This document shows, piece by piece, positions 37,285-54,624 of a stretch of DNA of 64,000 nucleotides. Source of the DNA: Octopus vulgaris (taxonomy: Eukaryota); contig OX597815.1 of assembly GCA_951406725.2 (NCBI GenBank), positions 58,528,001 to 58,592,000 on the forward strand, written 5' to 3'. Each line of letters opens with the position of its first letter. Position 1 is the first letter of the stretch. The notes under the pieces are model-generated. The model had not been told where the DNA came from and made no database searches. It worked only from the letters and a program-made list of their open reading frames with translations. A program made the translations under genes and the position numbers.

Positions 37285-37519
37285 TAACGAAGCCCAGCTA
37301 GCGGTGATGCCTGCCAACCCTCCGCAAATATATATATTTACAGTGCAATCTATTCACTGGTAACTGTAATTAGAAATATTGAACTTCTAAATGTCTCATA
37401 TATATATATATATACCGGAGTAAACACATAAATGTGAAACAAGGTGGAAAAAAGAGTACTCAAATACCAGTGGTAGAGTAATATGCTTTATTTAAAAGCA
37501 GCAGAAAATTCAACAAAAC

Positions 37520-37557
37520 CTGTTACTCTGAGTTTCACGTTCCCATTCGTCGGACAG
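37520..37557 (-). ncRNA. Minimal hammerhead, U4C variant, in a short PLE-like fragment (37414-37560)
   Basis: CTGT-CCGACGA-ATGggaaCGT-GAAA-CTCAGAG-TA-ACAG. Confidence 0.6.
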
Positions 37558-37559
37558 TT

Positions 37560-39470
37560 TTATCTACCAAGGTGCTGTGAACTTAGATAGCTGGTCCTTC
37601 TGTTGGGTCGACATTCAGCAGACTCTCTTTCTCCCATTCATTTTCTTTATTCAGCAACCTTTCATAGTGGTGTCTCTAAACCTCTCTCTTTGCATTCTCA
37701 TTTAGCGCAAGTAAACCATCATCCATGCGAACACATTTCTCTACCACATCACGATTCTCTCTCACACATTGTCTTGCAACATGAAATACCTGAAGTCTTT
37801 GGTCATCCTGGTGCAGAGCATTGGCAACTTTTTTATCTGCTTCCCTTCTGGCTAAATAATCTTGCGTCTTAGCTTCCCTTCTGGCAGTCTGATGCACTTC
37901 CCTGCTACCACCGTTCTTCCAGTCCTTCCAAGCCTGTTTCTTTTGTCTAATAGCCCTGTCAACAATATTGTTCCACCATCACCACATTACTTTGGGTTGA
38001 GAGGGACTTTGCACCAGCCACAGATCTGGTCAGTGGCCCTTAGCAGGTTGTCCTGTAGGAACCTCCAGTTGTCTTCTATACCATGTGGAGCTATATCTCC
38101 TTCTATTTCGTCAAAGGCTTCGAGTAATATGTCTCTAAATCTCTGTCCATTTGCAGGATCTTTAAGTCTCCAGACCCTTCTTCTCCTTGCTGGTCGTCTT
38201 CTCGGCATCCATTTAGCCCTGATCCTGAAGTCACTAACTACCAGTCTATGTTGTGGGGTACATTCTTCGCCTGGGACGGTTTTGGCATTTATAAGCAGCC
38301 ATCTTTCCCTTTTTCTGGTCAATCTGAATAGTGTTTCTGCCAGAGTGGTAGGTGACTAGGTGGCTGGCAAGTTTTCTGAAATTAGTATTGCAAACCATAA
38401 GATCATTTGCATCCACAGAACTCCAGCAGCTTTGTTCATTCCTCATTGCGTGAGCCAAAACCGTAGACTCCATATATGCCATGGAAGCTAGCCCATGATG
38501 GCACACTAATCTAATCTTAAGTATTCTGTCGCATACTCTGACTACCTTATCTACCCATTTCTCCGCAAGAAGTATACCCACATCCCCAACCCCGTTAGTG
38601 TTCTCCACCCAGAAAATCTTGTACCTGTGTTCTTTGCCTGTGAGGAACCTAGCAGAACCTCATATCCACCTTACTTCTTGGATGCAGCACATATCAACAC
38701 ATCTCTGTTCAGGCCTCTCAGCAATCTCACCATCCTACCTTTCAGTGTGCCGACGTTGAGAGTGCCAACCCTGAAGTTATGGGAGGTATGTGCCCTAGAG
38801 ACCCTGTGAGGGGAGACAGTGGCATGATGTACCTGAAACGAGAGCTTGCATTTGGCAGAATTCATAAGCAACCTATAGTCTTAAGTTCAACTTGCGTACA
38901 CTACACTATCATGTTTGTCACTGTATGATCACTACCTTATATAGTAGTGGTGGGGTTAGGGTTAGAGACGAATGACTGTGTGATCGTGTGATAAACTTTC
39001 ATAGATGAGTGAAAGAATATGTTGCAAATTATGGAAATGCGTGAGCTAAGGTTGTCTCAGACATCAACAAGTAAGACAAAAATATAGAACTGAAATGCAT
39101 GAGCTAAAGTTATCTTAGACATCAACAGTAAGACGAAACTATGGAACTATATTTACATGATGGCATGGTGCTGAAATAGACACAATAAGACAGAATATAA
39201 TAATAAGGGTTTATGATGATGATATTCGCAGATATACAGTGGAAGGTGGATAACAAGTTGAAAGGTAAAAATCTCTTATCTGAAATTTTTCATCCTCTGA
39301 GATTTGTATTTTACGGCCAAGGTATCGAAATCAAATAGGAGGGTTATCATGCGTGTGTTAGTTTATATAATGTGGTGATAGTGGTGGTGGGGGAAGTAGG
39401 AAATCTTGGCTAGGCGAGTGGTAATAGAAAGAGAGTGAGATATAGACACAGACAGAGTGATGGCCGATAG
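37560..39470 (-). mobile_element. RTE LINE 5' half with 5' UTR, frameshifted
   Basis: MNSAKCKLSFQVH..RVGTLNVGTLKGR (APE start, ATG ~38865); homologous to 1-2565. Confidence 0.88.
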
Positions 39471-39505
39471 ATATCAATATATGTGTATATATATATATAT
39501 CAATA

Positions 39506-40516
39506 TCTATATATATAAAACTCGTGTGTCTGTGTGTTTAACTTCATGGCACATCTCCTAGCCATCAAATCGTAGAACCACCAAAAATGGGTCACTTAAA
39601 GTTTAGGCGAATGAAAATTGAACTGCGCTATTTCTGTTCTAAAATTCATCTCGCAAGTACAAAAATCGATAATGTGTTTGTTTAGGCCTTATCCCATGCA
39701 TTGAATAGTGAACTTTACTCAGTCAGCTGTTTGACGTGAACTGTGTTCACCACGCATGCAAGCATGCATAAATTGCATTAAAAATAAAAAATCAAGATAG
39801 AAAAACGAATCACCGTAAACATTGTAGAACTTCGGCAAAGAAATGAATTTTCGGGATATAACCTGGAGGGATTTTTCGTGTTAATCATTTGGACTTTGTG
39901 AACACATACCAATTGTTTTCATAACATTTTTAACGCTTTGAATTAAATGTAACCATTTTGCGTTGAGTCTGCAGTTTGAATCACTTTAACCAAATTTTAG
40001 CTGGCCGGATTTTTGATCATCACGATACATCGCCAGCGACTCCCTGAAACTCTCCCCTGAAATCCCTGTTGAGAAATCAATATATATAAAACTCTACTTG
40101 TATGTCTGTGTGTGTGTCTGTGTGTTTAACGTTTGGATCTACCAAGTTTCATTATTATGTGTGGCAAGTTTGGTAGCCTTCAACTAACACTATCTCCTTC
40201 GAGACCCTGCAGTGCAATTTGACCAAAATTGAGAGTATGATAGAAGGCTTGCTTTTCATTCTGTAGAAGATAAAATTCAAATTGGACCATGTTAACACCA
40301 ACAATTATTTACATAAAAAAAGGTGCTTTTTTTCTATGGAAATCCCTATTTTTTACGATTTTTGACTGCTGTGTCACCATTTTTCGGTGTATTTCAACTG
40401 GAAAAATGTTCACTTGAAGAGAATAACAAGTTGCATAATGCAAAATTTTTACTTTTCAAAACTTCCAATTCTAAAGGGTCGAAACAAACCCAAGCAACAC
40501 TGGTTGATACTGCTAG
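39506..40516 (+). mobile_element. Non-autonomous Helitron (composite, second 5'-like end ~40077)
   Basis: 5' TCTATATATATAAAACT; 3' ccaagcaacactgg..gatactgCTAG|T. Confidence 0.7.
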
Positions 40517-40563
40517 TATATATATCAATATATATATATATATATATATATATAGCAATACAT

Positions 40564-41906
40564 ATCATCATCATCATCATCATCATCATCATCGTTTAGC
40601 GTCCGTTTTCCATGCTAGCATGGGTTGGACGGTTCTACTGGGGTCTGTGAAGCCAGAAGGCTTCATCAGGCCCAGTCAAATCTGGCAGTGTTTCTACGGC
40701 TGGATGCCCTTCCTAACGCCAACCACTCCGTGAGTGTAGTGGGTGCTTTTTACGTGCCACCCGCACTGGTGCCAGACAGAGCTGGCAAACGGCCACGAAC
40801 GGATGGTGCTTTTTATGTGCCACCGGCACGAGGGCCAGGCGAGGCTGGCAACGGACACGAAACGGGGCGGTGCTGGCAACGGTCGCGAAACGGAAAGTTC
40901 TCTTACATGCCACCGGCACTGGTAATACATCTGCAATTTCCATTAATCGATTTCCATTGATCGATTTCGATTCTGATCCTCACTTGCCTCAACGGGTCTT
41001 CACAAGTAGAGTTTCGACATGCCATCGGCACTGGTAACACATCCGCAATTTCCATTGATCGATTTCGATTCTGATCCTCACTTGCCTCAACACGTCTTCA
41101 CAAGTAGAGTTTTGTGTCCCAAGAAGGGAAGGTATGCATACGTAGGCTGGCTCCATCCCATGTAGAAGGCCACGGGTTATGGACTCACTTGTCCTGCCGG
41201 GTCCTCTCGCGCACAGCACACTTCCAGAGGTCTCGGTCTCTAGTCATTTCCTCAGTGAGACCTAAAGTTCGAAGATCGTGCTTCACCACCTCGTCCCAGG
41301 TTTTCCTGGGTCTGCCTCTTCCACAGGTTCCCTCAACCGCTAGGGTGTGGCACTTTTTCACACAACTATCTTCATCCATTCTCGCCACATGACCATACCA
41401 GCGCAAACGTCTCTCTTGCACACCACAACTGATGCTTCTTAGGTCCAGCTTTTCTCTCAAGGTACTTACACACTGCCGAGTGTGAGTACCGGCATTACAC
41501 ATCCATCGGAGCATACTGGCTTCATTTCTAGCGAGCTTACGCATATCCTCAGCAGTCACGGCCCATGTTTCACTGCCATGTAGCATGGCTGTTCGTACAC
41601 ACGCATCATACAGTCTGCCTTTCACTCCGTGCAAGAGGCCTTTTGTCACCAGCAGAGGTAAGAGCTCTCTGAACTTTGCCCAAGCTATTCTTACTCTAGC
41701 AGTTACACTTTCAGCACACCCGCCCCCGCTGCTGACTTGGTCACCTAGGTAACGGAAACTATCAACTATTTCTAGTTTTTCTCCCTGTAAAGTGACGGAA
41801 GTTGGTCTCAGAGCATTTTCAGTGTTTATTGTTCCTGAGCATCTGCCACATACAAAATCCATCTTCCTAGTTAGCCTTCCTTTGACATTGCTGTATCTCT
41901 TATGTG
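40564..41906 (-). mobile_element. RTE LINE 3' fragment
   Basis: [24 protein letters not shown]; (CAT)n tail at 40564. Confidence 0.92.
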
Positions 41907-41915
41907 TATATATAT

Positions 41916-41962
<47 letters not shown>

Positions 41963-42055
41963 TATATACATATATATATACATATATATATATACATATA
42001 TATATACATATATATATACATATATATATACATATATATATACATATATATATAC

Positions 42056-42126
<71 letters not shown>

Positions 42127-42153
42127 TATATACATATATATATACATATATAT

Positions 42154-42186
<33 letters not shown>

Positions 42187-42229
42187 TATATACATATATA
42201 TATACATATATATATACATATATATATAC

Positions 42230-42752
<523 letters not shown>

Positions 42753-42800
42753 TATATATATATATATAAAATACATATATATATATATATATATATATAT

Positions 42801-44123
42801 TCCTCTGTCTACGTAGGCTCTGTAGTGACGACCATGACTTTGAGACTCAGTCTCAACGCATGGCTTGCCACTTCATCCTACGTGGATACCCCCTCACCAC
42901 AATCCACACCGCCCTTGCCAGAGCACGTTCCATAGACCGTGCATCTGCTCTCTCCCCCCGAACCAGCCCTGTAGTCTCCCGCCTCCCTTTTCCCCTCACT
43001 TACCACCCCACGACCCTACCTCTCCAACGCACCATTCTTTGAGCTTTCCGGCATCTCCAGTCCAACCTGTCCACTTCACACCTCTTCCCCAACCGACCCC
43101 TCCCCTCTTTCAAACAAGCCCATAACCTACGAGACCTTTTGGACCACAGCTCCTTCCCTGACCCTACCTCCCAACCTGGCTCGTTCCCCTGCTCCCGCCC
43201 ACGTTGCCACACTTGCCCTTACCTCTCCAACACCACCCTCCTCACTGGCACCCATCATCGACCCTATCGCATCATCAACTCCTTCACCTGCACCACCAGT
43301 AATATCATCTACTGCATCTCTTGCTCTCTCTGCCATTCCCTCTACATCGGACAAACGGGACGCCGCCTGGCTGACCGTTTCGCGGACCATCTCCGTGACA
43401 TCCGCCTTGCCAACGACACACCGGTCTCATGCCATTTCCGCTCCACCGATCACTCCTAGCAACACCTGTCTGTGTTCGGTTTGTCCTTGCACAGAGACCA
43501 TCCGGATTCCCGTTTCCGCCGTGAACAGGGATTAATCTTCTCTCTTCGCTCTTTTACGCCATTTGGTCTCAACTCTCTCCCCCTCCTCATCTAACCTCCA
43601 CCTGACTCCTGCTTCTCTTCGGTCCTTCATCTTTTCACCCCTACTGTCTTGTGCTCCTCTTCCATTCTTCCTTCCTCTTTCTTCTTCCTTCTTCCCCTTC
43701 TCTCTTTCTCTCTGCTCCCTCACATCCCTTCTCTCTCCCACCTATCCCCCTCTCCTTCCTTCCCCCCTCCCTCCTCCCCCTCTTCTCCTCTTTCCTTCTC
43801 CCCCTTATCTCATCTCCCCCTCTCACCCTCGCTCTCACCTTTCCTCTTCTCCCTCCTCTCCCCCCCCTTCAACTCTCTCTCACTCTTCCCCTCATCCCTC
43901 CTCTCTCCACTACAACATTTGACATTACACATCACATCATACATACATAAACACTCCAGACCTTTTTCTCTCCATGTTTCTTTTCTGTGTATCTTTCTAT
44001 TGAAGAGCGTAGGCTCGAAACGTAAAAGACTTGTTTATTTATATTCCCGAGCGCCATACTAATACAATTGTTTGTTTGTACTCCTCCTGCCTTCATCTTT
44101 TGTTTATTTTTATAAAGCTTCCC

Positions 44124-44125
<2 letters not shown>
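42801..44125 (+). mobile_element. Penelope-like element 3' part (thumb, GIY-YIG, CT-rich spacer, pseudo-LTR)
   Basis: LRRLCSDDHDF..RGYP; PCSRPRCHTCP..FTCTTSNIIYCISCSLCHSLYIGQTGRRLADRFADH. Confidence 0.9.
43991..44030 (+). ncRNA. Degenerate minimal hammerhead of the PLE pseudo-LTR
   Basis: TCTTT-CTATTGA-A-GAGCgtagGCTC-GAAA-CG-TA-AAAGA; core differs from CTGATGA at two positions. Confidence 0.55.
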
Positions 44126-45852
<1,727 letters not shown>

Positions 45853-48530
45853 AGTCTCTCGCTCTATCATCCTTTTTCAACCTTCGCGCGTATTTGTCTA
45901 TCGATCTCCGCCATCTTTAAAGCCTGTTCCCTTAATACACTTCCGCCTTGTCCAAAAATTCCTTTCCGGTCAATTTCTTTACTTAAGGCAACAACATCTG
46001 CTCTCTCATTCATTCACCTAGCGGCTATAATCTCGAGCACAGCTAAGTTTGAATGCTTATCTTATTTTTATTTATTTTCACTTCACTTCACTTCTCGACC
46101 AATCATACATGTTTTCCTATCTGTTGTTATTTATCTATCTAACTATTGTATCTAATTTCTCCTCTATTAACTCTTGCCCGACCAAGTCTCGCTCTATCAT
46201 CCTTTTTCAACCTTCGCGCGTATTTGTCTATCGATCTCCGCCATCTTTAAAGCCTGTTCCCTTAATACACTTCCGCCTTGTCCAAAAATTCCTTTCCGGT
46301 CAATTTCTTTACTTAAGGCAACAACATCTGCTCTCTCATTCATTCACCTAGCGGCTATAATCTCGAGCACAGCTAAGTTTGAATGCTTATCTTATTTTTA
46401 TTTATTTTCACTTCACTTCACTTCTCGACCAATCATACATGTTTTCCTATCTGTTGTTATTTATCTATCTAACTATTGTATCTAATTTCTCCTCTATTAA
46501 CTCTTGCCCGACCAAGTCTCGCTCTATCATCCTTTTTCAACCTTCGCGCGTATTTGTCTATCGATCTCCGCCATCTTTAAAGCCTGTTCCCTTAATACAC
46601 TTCCGCCTTGTCCAAAAATTCCTTTCCGGTCAATTTCTTTACTTAAGGCAACAACATCTGCTCTCTCATTCATTCACCTAGCGGCTATAATCTCGAGCAC
46701 AGCTAAGTTTGAATGCTTATCTTATTTTTATTTATTTTCACTTCACTTCACTTCTCGACCAATCATACATGTTTTCCTATCTGTTGTTATTTATCTATCT
46801 AACTATTGTATCTAATTTCTCCTCTATTAACTCTTGCCCGACCAAGTCTCGCTCTATCATCCTTTTTCAACCTTCGCGCGTATTTGTCTATCGATCTCCG
46901 CCATCTTTAAAGCCTGTTCCCTTAATAAACTTCCGCCTTGTCCAAAAATTCCTTTCCGGTCAATTTCTTTACTTAAGGCAACAACATCTGCTCTCTCATT
47001 CATTCACCTAGCGGCTATAATCTCGAGCACAGCTAAGTTTGAATGCTTATCTTATTTTTATTTATTTTCACTTCACTTCACTTCTCGACCAATCATACAT
47101 GTTTTCCTATCTGTTGTTATTTATCTATCTAACTATTGTATCTAATTTCTCCTCTATTAACTCTTGCCCGACCAAGTCTCGCTCTATCATCCTTTTTCAA
47201 CCTTCGCGCGTATTTGTCTATCGATCTCCGCCATCTTTAAAGCCTGTTCCCTTAATACACTTCCGCCTTGTCCAAAAATTCCTTTCCGGTCAATTTCTTT
47301 ACTTAAGGCAACAACATCTGCTCTCTCATTCATTCACCTAGCGGCTATAATCTCGAGCACAGCTAAGTTTGAATGCTTATCTTATTTTTATTTATTTTCA
47401 CTTCACTTCACTTCTCGACCAATCATACATGTTTTCCTATCTGTTGTTATTTATCTATCTAACTATTGTATCTAATTTCTCCTCTATTAACTCTGCCCGA
47501 CCAAGTCTCGCTCTATCATCCTTTTTCAACCTTCGCGCGTATTTGTCTATCGATCTCCGCCATCTTTAAAGCCTGTTCCCTTAATACACTTCCGCCTTGT
47601 CCAAAAATTCCTTTCCGGTCAATTTCTTTACTTAAGGCAACAACATCTGCTCTCTCATTCATTCACCTAGCGGCTATAATCTCGAGCACAGCTAAGTTTG
47701 AATGCTTATCTTATTTTTATTTATTTTCACTTCACTTCACTTCTCGACCAATCATACATGTTTTCCTATCTGTTGTTATTTATCTATCTAACTATTGTAT
47801 CTAATTTCTCCTCTATTAACTCTGCCCGACCAAGTCTCGCTCTATCATCCTTTTTCAACCTTCGCGCGTATTTGTCTATCGATCTCCGCCATCTTTAAAG
47901 CCTGTTCCCTTAATACACTTCCGCCTTGTCCAAAAATTCCTTTCCGGTCAATTTCTTTACTTAAGGCAACAACATCTGCTCTCTCATTCATTCACCTAGC
48001 GGCTATAATCTCGAGCACAGCTAAGTTTGAATGCTTATCTTATTTTTATTTATTTTCACTTCACTTCACTTCTCGACCAATCATACATGTTTTCCTATCT
48101 GTTGTTATTTATCTATCTAACTATTGTATCTAATTTCTCCTCTATTAACTCTTGCCCGACCAAGTCTCGCTCTATCATCCTTTTTCAACCTTCGCGCGTA
48201 TTTGTCTATCGATCTCCGCCATCTTTAAAGCCTGTTCCCTTAATACACTTCCGCCTTGTCCAAAAATTCCTTTCCGGTCAATTTCTTTACTTAAGGCAAC
48301 AACATCTGCTCTCTCATTCATTCACCTAGCGGCTATAATCTCGAGCACAGCTAAGTTTGAATGCTTATCTTATTTTTATTTATTTTCACTTCACTTCACT
48401 TCTCGACCAATCATACATGTTTTCCTATCTGTTGTTATTTATCTATCTAACTATTGTATCTAATTTCTCCTCTATTAACTCTGCCCGACCAAGTCTCGCT
48501 CTATCATCCTTTTTCAACCTTCGCGCGTAT
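45853..48530 (+). repeat. Tandem array of 8 near-identical 329/330-bp monomers plus a partial ninth
   Basis: gctctatcat recurs at 45861, 46191, 46521, 46851, 47181, ~47510, ~47839, ~48169, ~48499. Confidence 0.97.
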
Positions 48531-49037
48531 TCGCGGTGCACCCACCCTGCCCACCCCCACCACCAATACCGGATATCTCTATATTTTTGCTCCATCTATA
48601 CCGGATGTTGTTTCTCCCACCACCATTATAGGTGTCTACTCTTCGAATGCCCCCTCCTCAATACGCTATTTTCACCATGCATTACCCTCTATATCCTACG
48701 TTCTACTTGCCTAAGAACCTGTCATCATTCCTCTGAACCACCCCTCCCCACTGGTGCTCCCCTATATTTCTGCCCCCCCCCACATAAAAAAAAAAAAGCA
48801 CCATCCGAACGTGGCCGATGCCAGACCCCTCTGGCACCTGTGCAGGTGGCACGTAAAAAACACCCACTACACTCGCGGAGTGGTTGGCGTTAGGAAGGGC
48901 ATCCAGCTGTAGAAACACTGCCAGACTAGACTGGAGCCTGGGGCAGTCCCTAGCTCCCCCAGACCCCGGTCGAAACCGTCCAACCCGTGCTAGCGCGGAA
49001 AACGGACGTTAAACGATGATGATGATGATGATGATGA
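45853..49037 (+). mobile_element. ORF-less bipartite RTE derivative: monomer array, RTE 5' UTR module, RTE 3' tail
   Basis: 48531-48590 aligns to reverse complement of the RTE 5' UTR at ~2005-2060; 48790-49037 is the RTE 3' end with (GAT)n; same satellite on both flanks. Confidence 0.75.
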
Positions 49038-51856
<2,819 letters not shown>

Positions 51857-53352
51857 TCCTCTTATTATAAAAGGCAGATTTTATCTGCCTCCCTTTGTAA
51901 CTTATAGAAATCTACAATATAGGATTTCTTCAATTACAATTTACCTAGCATTTTTAAGAGTAGAATGCATCGGGTCATGCCAGGTCTAGTTTTTAAAATT
52001 TAAACTCCAATTAAGCAAATCGGTATTTACAGAAAACTCACATTCTGGTGTGTATGTCAAATGTTTTTCTAAATGTGGTTTACACCACACGCAAACGCAC
52101 ACACACACAAAGGGAGCGAATTGTTTCACTGACGCAATCACCCTTTTCTCCTTTCTTTGTCTTTGCAAGTTTGCAGCTATTAAAGTGAAAACAGTGAATC
52201 CGACAGCGATAAAGAAAACGAATTGGTACCTGAATGGAGTGAAAATTTAAAAACTGTTTCTTTCGGTGATTTTTTCTGAAGAAACTGCACAAGCCACAGA
52301 CTTTCCCAGAAGTGTAAAGCCTTAGACTATTCCTATTTACTTTTTCGAATGAGCCCATTTGAAATCATTACGGCAGAAACAAAACGTTACGCTAAACGTA
52401 AACAAAACGAAAGAAAGGATAGTTTGTTATTTCCCACAACCTTAAATGAAATTAAGGCCTATTTTGCCATAAATATTATTATGGGTATCAGAAAGTTACC
52501 CAGAATAACAAATTCTATCGTAAAATTTTGTTGTATACCCAATTGAATATTAGCTAATAACCCATTTTCTATAGCAATGTTTGAACAAAATTTTAATAAT
52601 TTTATATATTGTTGAATTTACCTGTATCTACCTGCAATTAAGTTTCACTTTGTGACAAAAATTATAGTGTAGAATTGGTTGAGGACATTTCATTAAATTA
52701 TCTTCCAAAATTCACGTTAATATATTGATAAATAAAAAAGTTATTGTTGTTTAATGAAACCAGACTAAATTTATGATTACGTTAGAAATTAATTGAAACA
52801 CATAAGGGGTGTATTTTGGTCAGAAATATAGTAACAAAAGGGTTAAGAAAAACCAAAAGATATTTTATTCTTTTATAAATGTTGTATTCAAAATAACATT
52901 TTCTTTTAAGAATGTGTATATAACAAAGTATGTGTTTATAACTACGTGACTTATTTCTTTATATATAAGAGTGAAGTTGTGTGTGTGTCTCCTACGATTT
53001 AGATTCCTAACTACTCCCACATTTTGCGGTGCAGTGTAACCAAAACCGGGTATCTTATAGTCGTGAGTCATATCGAGCCCTTCTGGGTATTAGCGCGCGT
53101 CTACGATGAGTCTACAATTTAAAAAATTTACCATCATATTTTTTCCCATTTTAATGCATTTTTTTCGCTATTATATAAGGGAAGTAACTCTCTAAAAATA
53201 TCTACGATGTGTCAACGATTTGAAAATAAATTTACCTTAATTTTTTTTCCATTTTTAATGCATTTTTATCCTATTTTTGGCTATAACTCTCTAAAAATGC
53301 TTATATAGCTATTTCCCTTACAAACCCGAGCAACGCCGGGCGATACTGCTAG
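51857..53352 (+). mobile_element. Composite Helitron-like unit; short Helitron 52956-53352 supplies the 3' end
   Basis: 5' TCCTCTTATTATAAAAGGCAG at 51857; TCTTTATATATAAGAGTGAAGTTG at 52956; 3' cccgagcaacgccggg..CTAG|T. Confidence 0.65.
52280..52846 (+). mobile_element. piggyBac transposase fragment and right terminus
   Basis: FEIITAETKRYAK..TTLNEIKAYFAINIIMGIRKLPRI resembles the start of the piggyBac DDE domain; ends ..AGGG|TTAA at 52839-52846. Confidence 0.7.
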
Positions 53353-54612
<1,260 letters not shown>

Positions 54613-54624
54613 TGATTTTGATTT

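Larger units (their letters stand above)
36648..37400 (-). repeat. 355-bp tandem repeat (~2.1 units) with one type I hammerhead per unit; non-LTR retrozyme-like
   Basis: gtcacc..ttagaaatattgaa..tctaaatgtctcata recurs at ~36650, ~37005, ~37360; many internal hairpins. Confidence 0.8.

Noticed and set aside
45853-48530. Repeated ~100-aa ORFs, or a CRISPR-like array
   Set aside because: Units are identical end to end with no unique spacers, 1-bp indels shift frames, context is eukaryotic, and no hammerhead core was seen in the monomer.
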